Shown: positions 1 to 9,814 of the stretch, in pieces
Layout of the letters: every line of letters begins with the position of its first letter
Numbering within the stretch: position 1 is the stretch's first letter
NCBI RefSeq assembly: GCF_000011805.1
Contig: NC_006841.2
DNA: 32,000 nt
Strand: one strand, 5' to 3'
Source: Aliivibrio fischeri ES114
GTDB taxonomy: Bacteria > Pseudomonadota > Gammaproteobacteria > Enterobacterales > Vibrionaceae
The notes under the pieces: generated by a model
The model's input: the letters and a program-made list of their open reading frames with translations, nothing else
The model's database searches: none
Told to the model about the DNA's origin: nothing
Translations under genes and position numbers: made by a program

Positions 1-1261
1 ATGGGTCTATCGCAGCATTTCCTTCTTGATCATCTTCATAGACGAAAGTCATAATGAAAGTTTTATCAAAATATTTAATTTTCTGTCTATAAGTATGAAA
101 GTGTTGTGTGCAACTTCCTACTTCTACCGTCTCATTGGAAATCAGAATATCTGAGCTTTTGTTTAATAATTGTTGGTCAAGTTGCAAGCAGGTCTGATAG
201 TCAGGATATCTGGCCAACACTTCGTCAACTGGCATTCCGACTAAGCTACATCCAAGGTAGTCGATATGTTTTTGATTATTATAGATTGCCACCCCATGTT
301 CATCTCGTAAAATGAAAAGACAATTACAATGTTTCATTAAATTTGTTGTAAAAAGAATTGATGGGCTTTTAATCCCATCAAGCAATTCTTGATACTTTAA
401 ATTTAACGCGCTTAAATTAAAATTATTATAATCAATACCAAGTAAATTAAATGGGTCTTGACGTTTTAGGTTGCTAAGAGCGACAGTGAGTTCAGTATTA
501 TTTCTAGCAATGTTTACATTATAAATAAAACGATCAATAGGTTCATTGTATTTATTATCACTGTTTAATGGACGATTATTTTTTTCTTTATGTCGTGAAT
601 TAAGTTCATTTAGTTCTAACGGATACGATAAATGATAACCTTGTGATATGACAGATCCAAAAGAATTAATTAAGTTTAACTGATTTATATTTTCAATGCC
701 TTTTATCGCTACTTTATAACCGAGAAATTTATGTAATTTATGATATAAAGAGCGTAAAAAACAAAATGACAAATAGTCATCACTAATTGTACTAATAAGA
801 GCACGATCAATTTTTATATAATCAAAATTGAGTCCTAGTAATGGATCAGAGTGCTTGCATTCTGTTCCATAGTCATCAAGAGTAAAAAGTACGCCTAATG
901 CCTTCAATCGTGACATATTTTGCTTTATTTTCTCTAACTCATAGACTTGGTTTTTGAAGTTAAGTTCTAGAGTAAATCCTTGATGTTGAGAAAATATTTG
1001 TTCGCAATGTTCAACAAACTCATTTGATTCCAGACTTTTTGCGAATACGTTTATCGAAATATGAATGTTTTCGTTGTTTTTTAACGTTAATTTGTCTGAT
1101 ATGACATGCGAAACAACCTCTTTATCAAAAGACGTTTTATCTTCAAGTGATTCAATGAATTCATTTGGAAGAATCGTTGAGTCTTTAAATCTAATTAATG
1201 CTTCGTAAGAAACAATAGAACCTTCAAAGAAGTTAGGCTGATAAATGAAGTATTTATTCAT
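1..1261 (-). CDS. EAL-domain (c-di-GMP phosphodiesterase-like) protein, C-terminal part runs off the window
   Basis: Manual reverse-strand translation is open from the ATG at 1261 (or 1267) to base 1: MNKYFIYQPNFFEGSIVSYEALIRFKD...HISINVFAKSL...DDYGTE...FDYIKIDRALIS...SQGYHLSYPLELNE. Matches the EAL signature series. A possible PAS-like C-terminal portion follows (QKHIDYLGCSLVGMPVDEVLARYPDYQTCLQLDQQLL). Missing from the ORF track probably because it has no stop inside the window. Confidence 0.8.
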   Translation of the reverse strand, partial: MNKYFIYQPNFFEGSIVSYEALIRFKDSTILPNEFIESLEDKTSFDKEVVSHVISDKLTLKNNENIHISINVFAKSLESNEFVEHCEQIFSQHQGFTLELNFKNQVYELEKIKQNMSRLKALGVLFTLDDYGTECKHSDPLLGLNFDYIKIDRALISTISDDYLSFCFLRSLYHKLHKFLGYKVAIKGIENINQLNLINSFGSVISQGYHLSYPLELNELNSRHKEKNNRPLNSDNKYNEPIDRFIYNVNIARNNTELTVALSNLKRQDPFNLLGIDYNNFNLSALNLKYQELLDGIKSPSILFTTNLMKHCNCLFILRDEHGVAIYNNQKHIDYLGCSLVGMPVDEVLARYPDYQTCLQLDQQLLNKSSDILISNETVEVGSCTQHFHTYRQKIKYFDKTFIMTFVYEDDQEGNAAIDP

Positions 1262-1587
1262 AATCATCGTTATTATTTTACTAGAAAAATTGTCGCTAAT
1301 GTAGCACGCTTTATTTATATTGCCTTTGAATATTTATAGTACAAATCAAGACATTGATCACATTTATAAATTGATTATATATGTATCTGAGAATCCGTGA
1401 TTTATCTAGAGCATTACTATCCACCAAAAGGTGATTATGAATATAACGTTATGAATAAATTAATCTAAAATATTTTAAATTAATGCCTGTTAAGTTGTTG
1501 ATATTTTGTCATTTATCTCTTTTTTGATGTTGAGCCCCACTCCTTACTAACAATTTAGTCATGTAGAATTAACTTTTAATATTACAA

Positions 1588-1758
1588 ATGGAAATGGTTG
1601 TTGACAAAAATATGCGTATTCAAGATCTCTGTGTGAAAAAACAAACTCAAATAAAATGTGATGCATCAGTCGGTTTTCTTTTAAGCCCTGAAGAAGTTTC
1701 ATATATTGAAATGTTATTGGATGTGAAAATCATTTTTGCCAATTCTTTTTCAAATTAA
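1588..1758 (+). CDS. possible small ORF, 56 codons, upstream of the MCP
   Basis: Manual translation: MEMVVDKNMRIQDLCVKKQTQIKCDASVGFLLSPEEVSYIEMLLDVKIIFANSFSN*. Below the length cutoff of the ORF track. Coding status unproven. Confidence 0.25.
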   Translation: MEMVVDKNMRIQDLCVKKQTQIKCDASVGFLLSPEEVSYIEMLLDVKIIFANSFSN

Positions 1759-1789
1759 ATAGACAATAAACATTAATAAAGGACAAGGT

Positions 1790-3751
1790 TTGAAGCATTT
1801 ACAACGTATTTTTATGAATCTTAAAGTTAGGTATCAAGTTCTATTACCCGTTGTGATCGCCGTATCACTTACAGCGGTGTTATCTATGGTAATAATGAGT
1901 AGCTATGATCGCTTAGAATATAACTCAATATCAATGGACCATAATTCTTCAGATAGTACTAAACTTACAGAAGCTCAAGAAAAATTGTTACATTTAAGAA
2001 TTACGGTTAGTCGTTCGATAGGTATTCCTAGCGAGTTACCTCTTTCATATGCCAAATTTGAAGAAGTAAATAAAATGGTCGCTGACTTTTTCGATGAGGT
2101 AAAAGCATCTGAAAGTAAATTTTCATCATCAGATGACTTTGTAAAAAAAATGGATGAGGTTAAAAGGCTGCTTGATATATATGGTGGGAATTTATCCGAT
2201 AATATTAATTTATATGAGGAAATGAATACCTCATGGGGAGGTTTGCCTTGGATAACCGATTATATTAGTGAAGCGAATCGCCTTATTTTAGAAAGTAATG
2301 CTGATGATTTAGAAAGACAAGAGTGGAATAAAATTAGACAAGAGCTATATGCTTCTACAGCCATTATTGTTGTTAGAATGTCGTCGGTCTATGCGTTAAA
2401 TTTGAGCTCTGACTTTAGAGATGAACTTAATGATAATTTTAATATCATATTTACTCAAACAGCCAAAGTTAAAAATAGAAAAGCAAAAGCAATCTTATTA
2501 AAAGGTTTTAAAGATTACTCATCAGTGAATGATATCTTATGGAAACAAGGACGTTTAATTAACACTAATAATTCTGAATTAGTAGATATTGGTACTAAAG
2601 CCGATTTAATTTTAGCTGGCTTGTTAACGGCTATCATGGATAAAACACATAATTTGAGTCTTGATGCGACTAAGCAAATAAATGAAAGCAAGTCGTTCAT
2701 GCTTCTATTTTTAACCGCTGTTGCTGCATTATCTATTGGGATCGGCTGGTTAGCAGCAAGGATCATTGCTAAACCTATTCTTGAAATACAGAGTCAAATG
2801 AAACTGATTGCTTCCGGTGATTTAACTTACTTAACGAATCTAGAGGGAACAAATGAAGTTGCTCAACTGTGTATAAATACAGATGATACCGTTACCCACT
2901 TAAAAAGTTTGATTAATGATTTAAGGAACGTTGGAGATGAGGTGTCATCCGCTTCAACAGAGCTTGCCGCTGTGATGGTGCAGAGTGAAGCTAATGCCAG
3001 TGATCAAAAATCACAGGTAGAACTAATTGCAGCAGCAGTAACAGAGCTATCAGCCTCTTCTGCGCAAGTTGATGCTTCTGCTTCACAAGCTGATGAGCGA
3101 GCTAAGCATGTTTTAACACTAACCGTTGAAGGTTCAAAAAGTGCTAACGAAAGTGCAAATTTAAGCAGCTCACTTGTACAGCAGATGGACTTAACTTCAA
3201 CTGAAGTATCTAACCTAAAAACTCAAACAGATAAGATCAGTGAAGTGATTACTGTGATTGAATCTATCTCTGAGCAAACAAACCTTTTAGCACTAAATGC
3301 TGCAATTGAAGCGGCAAGAGCTGGTGAGAGTGGGCGAGGGTTCGCTGTCGTTGCTGATGAGGTACGAGTGTTAGCGGCGAAAACACAACAATCAACGCAA
3401 AATATTCAAGAAATAATTGATAACTTACAGCAGAAGTCTGTTGATGTCGTGCAATCTGTTGATGAGTCTATTCAAATTATTCATGAAACAACGAGAATGA
3501 GTGAGGATACAAATCAGAAGTTAGGGGATATATCTGATGCAATAGAAGAAATTACGCATACTAATTCTGAAATGGCTGCTGCTGCAAATGAGCAAAATAG
3601 GGCGATATCTTCTATTAGTGAAAATGTGAATGTTATCAGTGAGAGCATTAATCAAAATGTGGAAGGGATAAAAGAAAGTGCTCAGGCAAGTAGTCACTTA
3701 TCTGAGCTATCTGAAGGGCAGAAATCTAAGTTGGCATTTTTTAATGTATAA
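1790..3751 (+). CDS. methyl-accepting chemotaxis protein
   Basis: N-terminal TM, second TM ([21 protein letters not shown]), HAMP-like segment, and the MCP signalling hairpin [37 protein letters not shown]. Listed start is a TTG; an ATG at about 1814 is an alternative. Confidence 0.96.
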   Translation: MKHLQRIFMNLKVRYQVLLPVVIAVSLTAVLSMVIMSSYDRLEYNSISMDHNSSDSTKLTEAQEKLLHLRITVSRSIGIPSELPLSYAKFEEVNKMVADFFDEVKASESKFSSSDDFVKKMDEVKRLLDIYGGNLSDNINLYEEMNTSWGGLPWITDYISEANRLILESNADDLERQEWNKIRQELYASTAIIVVRMSSVYALNLSSDFRDELNDNFNIIFTQTAKVKNRKAKAILLKGFKDYSSVNDILWKQGRLINTNNSELVDIGTKADLILAGLLTAIMDKTHNLSLDATKQINESKSFMLLFLTAVAALSIGIGWLAARIIAKPILEIQSQMKLIASGDLTYLTNLEGTNEVAQLCINTDDTVTHLKSLINDLRNVGDEVSSASTELAAVMVQSEANASDQKSQVELIAAAVTELSASSAQVDASASQADERAKHVLTLTVEGSKSANESANLSSSLVQQMDLTSTEVSNLKTQTDKISEVITVIESISEQTNLLALNAAIEAARAGESGRGFAVVADEVRVLAAKTQQSTQNIQEIIDNLQQKSVDVVQSVDESIQIIHETTRMSEDTNQKLGDISDAIEEITHTNSEMAAAANEQNRAISSISENVNVISESINQNVEGIKESAQASSHLSELSEGQKSKLAFFNV

Positions 3752-3761
3752 AGGGTAATTC

Positions 3762-3792
3762 AATAGGCTGTATTTATGAAATACAGCCTATT
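3762..3792. terminator. bidirectional hairpin between convergent genes
   Basis: AATAGGCTGTATTT-atg-AAATACAGCCTATT, a perfect 14-bp stem with 3-nt loop, between the MCP stop (3751) and the stop of the minus-strand gene (3794). Confidence 0.7.
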
Positions 3793-3793
3793 A

Positions 3794-4957
3794 CTATTTA
3801 TAGCAAAAAGTTAAATATGCGATATTTGTATTTTCCATATAGATATAATTAACCCCGTTTCCCATTGGATATATGTGATTAAAATAAGTAGAGTGCTTGC
3901 CATTTTTTAAAAGTGGGAAAGCATAGAGCTGATTTTGATCTTTTATGGTTCCAAATTGTTGACGTCCAGACTTAATCCCACTGTATTTTTCATCCCGACT
4001 TATTTTGCCAATGTAATGTGTAATAGGTTGATTTTTAACTTTTTCTGTTTCTACGTTTAGATTTACAGAGTAGCCAAAGCTACCAATGTATCCCGATTCT
4101 TTTACATAAGCAGATAACTCCGCCTTGTATTGATTATTATTTAATTTAGTCACATCATAATTAATAAATACATGCCCAGAATAAGCACTATTATTTAAAG
4201 CTCTTAAATTAATGCTGCTTGATACTTTATAATTTCCATCTTTGCTAGAATTATAAAAAATTGGTTCACCTATCGGTTTGTTAAATTTAAATTCAATATT
4301 ACTTATTAGCTTATTTATATCGATATTTTCATTGCTATCATCAATAAAAAATATTTTATTATATATGCTTGAACACTCTTGGTTTGTCATTTTACACGCA
4401 GATAAACTCAATACTTTATCTTGTATGTTTATGAAATATCTTATGTTTTTGTCTAGTGTTTCTGGATTTATTACAACAGGTTTTGAGTTTGATGTTTGAT
4501 AGATATTGTCGCTTACTTTGATTAAGGATTGATTAATCTTAGGTTGAAGATCGGGTTCAAATGTATAGGTATGGTATGCCAGAAATGACGTGGCAATTAC
4601 TCCCATCGTGAAGCCGAGCTTTTTCTTTTTTGTTGAAAAGCATGGTTTTGTATTGGAGGTTGCTTTGTATCCCTTTCCTTTCACTGTATCTATGGCGTCA
4701 ATGCCATCTCGATATAATTTTTTGCGTAAAATTGAGATGGCTTGGGGTACTACGCTGGTATTGTTATTTAGCTCTTGATCCCAAGCATAATTAAGAATTT
4801 CTTCTTTACTAAATACTTGTTTTGGCGCTAATAAAAGCAACGTTAATATCTTACATTCGGTTTCTGTTAACTTTATTTCATTATTTTTTTTTGAAATCGA
4901 GTTATCCGCGATGTTCAATATGAAATCGCGGTGCTCAATTTTTATTCGTTTAAGCAT
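3794..4957 (-). CDS. ToxR/CadC-like membrane-bound winged-helix transcriptional regulator
   Basis: N-terminal OmpR/PhoB-type winged helix (IKLTETECKILTLLLLAPKQVFSKEEILNYAWDQ...VVPQAISILRKKLYRDGIDAIDTVKGKGYKA), one TM (LGFTMGVIATSFLAYHTYTF) and a periplasmic C-terminal domain. Confidence 0.85.
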   Translation of the reverse strand: MLKRIKIEHRDFILNIADNSISKKNNEIKLTETECKILTLLLLAPKQVFSKEEILNYAWDQELNNNTSVVPQAISILRKKLYRDGIDAIDTVKGKGYKATSNTKPCFSTKKKKLGFTMGVIATSFLAYHTYTFEPDLQPKINQSLIKVSDNIYQTSNSKPVVINPETLDKNIRYFINIQDKVLSLSACKMTNQECSSIYNKIFFIDDSNENIDINKLISNIEFKFNKPIGEPIFYNSSKDGNYKVSSSINLRALNNSAYSGHVFINYDVTKLNNNQYKAELSAYVKESGYIGSFGYSVNLNVETEKVKNQPITHYIGKISRDEKYSGIKSGRQQFGTIKDQNQLYAFPLLKNGKHSTYFNHIYPMGNGVNYIYMENTNIAYLTFCYK

Positions 4958-5198
4958 AGAGTGAATAGACTGTATTTTATATATTCGATGTATTAATTGT
5001 TATTATATATAAGATTGTCAATACCGATGTCAAGTTTGTATCAAAAATGAACACTATATTTCTAAGTATTTGATTTTGATCACTTATTGTTACTCTTTGT
5101 ATTTTAAGGATAAATATTTTTTCTTGTTGTTATGGAGTTTGGTAATGTTTTGGTATTTTTCTTGTGAATTTATAATTTAATTTTAATTGGTTTTGGTG

Positions 5199-5227
5199 AT
5201 ATTTGTGGGTGTTATACCCACAAATAT
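5199..5227. terminator. terminator-like hairpin downstream of glpC
   Basis: ATATTTGTGGGT-gttat-ACCCACAAATAT, a perfect 12-bp stem just beyond the glpC stop at 5235. Confidence 0.65.
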
Positions 5228-5234
5228 ACAAAGG

Positions 5235-6506
5235 TTAGATTAGAGCTTCACAAAGCAGTGAAATAGGATGGATGGTTGTGGTGTTAGTGTTTTCTTCGAT
5301 TTGCCATTTACAAGTTTCACAATCAGTAATTGCGTAATCAGGTTTGGCAGCTTTAATTTTGTCGAATATATTCTTACCTATCGCAACTGATGTTTCGTAG
5401 TTTTCAGTTTTAAATCCATAAGTGCCCGCTAAACCACAGCATTCACTATCTAATACCTGCACCTCTAAGCCAGGAATTGCTCGGAGTAACTCAATAGTAT
5501 AAATATTGCCGCCACTGCGTTCTAAGTGACAAGGAGTGTGATAAACAATTTTCTTATTTAGAGGCTTCATTTTAGGTCCTCGACCATTCATGATTTCTTT
5601 TAATAAGAAACGAGTAACGTATTCAATCTTTTTGGCTACTTTAGTGTTATCTACATCTAGAACATGAGGGTACTCTTGTTGCAAAGTAAATGAACAGGTT
5701 GAAGAGGTGGATAGAATCGGAACATCTTGACGTTCAATCGCAGCTTCTAAGTTAGCCACATTAAATTCTGCATTCTTCTGTGCTTTTTTATGAAAACCAT
5801 TAGCAATAAGAGGGACACCACAACATTTTTCTTTATCTAACAATTGAACCCCGATGTTCATATTGTTCATTACTTTAATGAAGTCTTTACCTAGTTGTGG
5901 ATGGTTGTAGTTGACAAAACAGCCATGAAAATAATGCACTTGTCGCTCAAATACACTCTGATCATTCACTTCTTTTTTATACCATTTTCTAAAAGTACCA
6001 TGAGAGTATTTAGGCAGTGATTTATGATCATGTACACCAATGGTTTTATGCATTACTTTTTTTACTAAAGGAACGCTGGTAACTGCGTTTACAACAGGTG
6101 CTACAGGAGTGGCAATTGAACCAAATAGATCCGTATGACTTAATACAAAATCACGAAGACCTTTCATGTTGTATGCTGGCTTGCCATATTTTCCACGAGC
6201 AACTGCAATCATGTCGCCAATTTTTACCCCAGATGGACAAGCGGTTTCACAACGTTTGCAATTTGTGCAAAGTTTAAGGGTTTCATCATAGTATTCTGGG
6301 CTTTTAAAGCGTAGGCGTTCGCCATCTGGTCCGCATTGTTTTGGCCCTGGATAATCAGGGTTTTCTTTTGCTACTGGACAATAGACGGTACAAACGGTGC
6401 ATTTTAAACATTGATCAAAACTGGTATTCGCGGGTGCTCTAAAAATAAGATTGTCTTTTAATACACTGTCTTTTAGAAAAGACGACTTAAATAATGGGCT
6501 GCTCAT
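5235..6506 (-). CDS. glpC: anaerobic glycerol-3-phosphate dehydrogenase subunit C
   Basis: Two 4Fe-4S ferredoxin motifs (CLKCTVCTVYCPV, CTNCKRCETACPSG) and CCG-type domains (EKCCGVPL, DSECCGLAGTYG); last gene of the glpA-glpB-glpC cluster. Confidence 0.95.
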   Translation of the reverse strand: MSSPLFKSSFLKDSVLKDNLIFRAPANTSFDQCLKCTVCTVYCPVAKENPDYPGPKQCGPDGERLRFKSPEYYDETLKLCTNCKRCETACPSGVKIGDMIAVARGKYGKPAYNMKGLRDFVLSHTDLFGSIATPVAPVVNAVTSVPLVKKVMHKTIGVHDHKSLPKYSHGTFRKWYKKEVNDQSVFERQVHYFHGCFVNYNHPQLGKDFIKVMNNMNIGVQLLDKEKCCGVPLIANGFHKKAQKNAEFNVANLEAAIERQDVPILSTSSTCSFTLQQEYPHVLDVDNTKVAKKIEYVTRFLLKEIMNGRGPKMKPLNKKIVYHTPCHLERSGGNIYTIELLRAIPGLEVQVLDSECCGLAGTYGFKTENYETSVAIGKNIFDKIKAAKPDYAITDCETCKWQIEENTNTTTIHPISLLCEALI

Positions 6507-7870
6507 AACGCGACCTCTGCTTTCGTATTGTTATTTTGTAAAGAGTCGCTGCACTGTAATTGCTCTATGATAGATTCTGCAGCGTGAAAGCCTGAACTAA
6601 TTGCAACACCACTACCGCTACCTTCTAATATCGGATTATAGCCAGATAGAATTGCGCCAGCGCAGTATAAATTATCGATCACATGACCTGATTTAATCGC
6701 TTGGAAATTAGCTGTAGTCTTAATACCCATACTTAAAAATGGGTGTGATTGAGTACTAAAAAAATCGTGGCTATACCAATCCGTTCTTTTATCACTTTGT
6801 GCTATATCCAATCCAAAGATGGGTTCAATCATTGAATCAACATTCGCCTTTAATCCTTGGCTAAAAAAGCTGCCAGTGGCTAAGACAAACTGTTTGGCTT
6901 GTAGCGGAAAATCGCCATGGTTTTTAGTGAAAAGACGATTTAAACGATAGTGAGAATGCTCAGGATCACTCTTATCCACATAAGAAAACTCCCCTTGAAC
7001 GACATGATCACCATTTAACATGGTGCCACCTAGCTCAATAAAGGCGTGTTTCATGCTTTCTTCTAAGCGTATACCTAGTAGTGAAGGCGGCATAGTAGGT
7101 ACTTCGCATAGTGTTAGCTTAGTTAATTGCTCAATTTCACGAAGGTAGCTTAATCCCGTGCCATTTCCAAAAATAGATGGGAGTACAACTAAATCACCTG
7201 GATTGGCGTGTTGCTGTAAAGCGTAAGCTAGCTCTTGACGGTTTGCTCGTTTAGATAATAAGCGAGATATATCGATAGAGCGTAATTCACAATGATTACG
7301 TTGAATATCATTAAATGCAGAAAGGGATATGCTCGCTGTTGCTATTTCAAGATCAGATAATTGAGTGATCTGTTTTAAATTGTCTTGAGCCAGTTTAGGT
7401 TGGAAATCACGAAAGCCATCAATAGTAATCAACACCATTTTTTGTGTTTTGTTTTTTTCTAAATCCATAGGGAATTGATGTACAAAAGGTTGTGATAACC
7501 ACGTTGATTTCATTGTTCCTAATGGTGTTAGACGGTAGTGATTCAAACCATCTTTTTGGGATGTTAAAGGAACACCAATAGCTGATAATGTTGTTTTATA
7601 CCAATTGATAGCCCGTTCTACGGTCTCTTTACCCAATGCTGCGTAGGGGTGAGACGGATACTCTTTCGAAAAAGTTTCGAGACTATCCATTGGATTAATA
7701 ACATGCTTACCTGAGGGGGTTTTGGCAAGAACATCAATCGAACCTGATGAGAAATGCAAAGCGCTTTGACCTGAGGCAATCACTGCGGTCTTTAGTCCTG
7801 CTTCTAAGCAACGTAAAGCACAGCTTAAACCAGCCATGCCGCCGCCGATGATAATGGTGTCGAAATTCAT
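6503..7870 (-). CDS. glpB: anaerobic glycerol-3-phosphate dehydrogenase subunit B
   Basis: MNFDTIIIGGGMAGLSCALRCLEAGL flavoprotein N-terminus; overlaps its neighbours by 4 bp in glpACB order. Confidence 0.95.
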   Translation of the reverse strand: MNFDTIIIGGGMAGLSCALRCLEAGLKTAVIASGQSALHFSSGSIDVLAKTPSGKHVINPMDSLETFSKEYPSHPYAALGKETVERAINWYKTTLSAIGVPLTSQKDGLNHYRLTPLGTMKSTWLSQPFVHQFPMDLEKNKTQKMVLITIDGFRDFQPKLAQDNLKQITQLSDLEIATASISLSAFNDIQRNHCELRSIDISRLLSKRANRQELAYALQQHANPGDLVVLPSIFGNGTGLSYLREIEQLTKLTLCEVPTMPPSLLGIRLEESMKHAFIELGGTMLNGDHVVQGEFSYVDKSDPEHSHYRLNRLFTKNHGDFPLQAKQFVLATGSFFSQGLKANVDSMIEPIFGLDIAQSDKRTDWYSHDFFSTQSHPFLSMGIKTTANFQAIKSGHVIDNLYCAGAILSGYNPILEGSGSGVAISSGFHAAESIIEQLQCSDSLQNNNTKAEVAL

Positions 7871-9519
7871 AATGTTGCCTCTTTTGATTCTTGTTCAGAG
7901 TGTTGGTTTGGAATGTCACTTGCTCCGAACAGACCTTCATAAATCCAATAGCTAAATTCTGCTTCTCGTAGTGCATCTCCCCAGAATACAGGTTTGATGC
8001 CTTTCCAGCGTTCTTCTAAAAAGTGAGTCAATAGTTGGCTTGATTGGTTACCACTGATTTGTCCGCATTCTTCAAATAGTCCAGCGGCACGATAGGTACA
8101 TAGTTCCCCTTGGCAGGGGCCCATACCTAAGCGAGTACGACGACGAAGATCAACTAGGTTGTGAACATCTAATTGGTTAATGGCGTAGTTAATTTCACCT
8201 TGGGTTACCATTTCGCATTCACAGATCACGGCTTGATCTTTAGCTTCATCGGTTAAAAACTGTTGAGCACGTTCACCGTGTCGATAAATCGCACTTTGGT
8301 AAACCGGTTTTGCAATACTTGCGGTTTTTTTTGCGGTAATTGATGCGCCATTTGATCCCGGTAGTGGACGAATATGAGTGGTACACTCTTGTGTATTTCC
8401 TAGCTTATTAGCCACAAGATCTGTTGTCATTTCTGCCATTAAACGAGAGGTCATTAGTTTACCGCCGGTAATGGTTGTAAATCCGTCTAAACCGTCTTTT
8501 TCACCGTGGTCGAGTAGCACTATGCCGCGACTGATGTTTCGGCCTGTACCGTCGTCGTCAACAGCAACTAATGGGCGGACTCCAGCATAGGCGCGTAAAA
8601 CTCGTGTATTTGCCATGATTGGTGCGAGTTTTGCTCCTTCACGCATGAGAATATCAACTTCTTTAGCACTTACATGCAAATCATCAATCTTGTCATAATC
8701 AATGTGTTCTGATGTGGTTCCGATAAGAGAAATCGTATCCCCTGGTACTAAAATATCGGCATCAGAGGGTTTACGGCAACGGTTAATCACTAAGTTATTA
8801 ATACGATAATCTAAGATCAGTAATGAACCTTTTGCTGGAAACATTTTGATGCTCAAATCGGCGTATTCACAAATATTTTGTCCCCAAATACCAGCGGCAT
8901 TAATCACTTGTTGTGCAAAGATTTCAATTTTCTGATTGGTCTTTACATCAATACAGTTCACTCCGAGCACCGTATCTTGATGTCGAATAAGGGAAGTTAC
9001 ATGGGTATGTGTGAGCAAACGCGCACCATTTTCTTTCGCATCCAGGACATTCGCTGCACATAAACGAAAAGGATCGAGCGTTCCATCTGGGACTTGAACG
9101 GCGCCAATTAAATCAGGATTCACGTTTGGCTCAAGTAATAACGCTTCTTTTGGTGTAAGTTGTTTTGCCTCAATACCAGCAGATCCGCATGAATCAATAA
9201 ACTGTTTTTGAAAATCTAAGTCATCATCAGGAAGTGAGATAAATAAGCCTTGCGTATCTTCAACACAATGCTTAGCAATGGTTTTTAAGATCTTGTTTTC
9301 ATGGATACATTCTTTTGCTGATTCGTTATCTGTCACGGCATAGCGGGCGCCAGAGTGAAGTAAGCCATGGTTGCGACCTGTGGTACCAGAAGCTAAATCG
9401 TCTTTCTCAATTAAAATACAATCGATACCTCGCAAAGCACAATCACGCATAATTCCGGAGCCTGTTGCTCCGCCACCAATAATGATAACGGAAGTTTCTA
9501 ATCGAGAAGTTTTGTTCAT
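7867..9519 (-). CDS. glpA: anaerobic glycerol-3-phosphate dehydrogenase subunit A
   Basis: FAD GXGXXG motif (VIIIGGGATGSGIMRDCALRG), TTGRNHGLLHSGARYA, and C-terminal CECEMVTQGEINYA...GPCQGELC iron-sulfur-type motif. Confidence 0.96.
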   Translation of the reverse strand: MNKTSRLETSVIIIGGGATGSGIMRDCALRGIDCILIEKDDLASGTTGRNHGLLHSGARYAVTDNESAKECIHENKILKTIAKHCVEDTQGLFISLPDDDLDFQKQFIDSCGSAGIEAKQLTPKEALLLEPNVNPDLIGAVQVPDGTLDPFRLCAANVLDAKENGARLLTHTHVTSLIRHQDTVLGVNCIDVKTNQKIEIFAQQVINAAGIWGQNICEYADLSIKMFPAKGSLLILDYRINNLVINRCRKPSDADILVPGDTISLIGTTSEHIDYDKIDDLHVSAKEVDILMREGAKLAPIMANTRVLRAYAGVRPLVAVDDDGTGRNISRGIVLLDHGEKDGLDGFTTITGGKLMTSRLMAEMTTDLVANKLGNTQECTTHIRPLPGSNGASITAKKTASIAKPVYQSAIYRHGERAQQFLTDEAKDQAVICECEMVTQGEINYAINQLDVHNLVDLRRRTRLGMGPCQGELCTYRAAGLFEECGQISGNQSSQLLTHFLEERWKGIKPVFWGDALREAEFSYWIYEGLFGASDIPNQHSEQESKEATL

Positions 9520-9570
9520 AATTTAGTCTCTTTTTTTACCACTTTTGATGTATGAAATCATCATGATATT

Positions 9571-9636
9571 AATGTTCGACACATTCTTTGATCTAACGCA
9601 AAAATGCTCGTTCGCGCATTCGTCTCGTTTTCGTTT
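9571..9636. promoter_or_regulatory. candidate GlpR operator sites in the glpA / fdh-like divergent intergenic region
   Basis: AATGTTCGAC at 9571-9580 and AATGCTCGTTCGCGCATT at 9603-9620 resemble the GlpR half-site WATKYTCGWW recalled from E. coli; TTTTCGTTTT follows. No footprint evidence. Confidence 0.4.
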
Positions 9637-9814
9637 TGGTGGATATGTCACATAGAAATAAATGAACGAACAGAAAAAAGTTGAAAATTGAGAGGGGTAA
9701 TGAGAATAAATGTCGTTTGTTGAGTTGGGATTTTGTAAAGATACGATCTGGTTCAAAACCAGACTAAAAGTGGTGATATAATCGAGAAAATTAATAGTCA
9801 ATCTTAGGTATTGA

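Noticed and set aside
106-315. 69-aa plus-strand ORF
   Set aside because: Lies antisense inside the EAL-domain reading frame, which has recognisable motifs.
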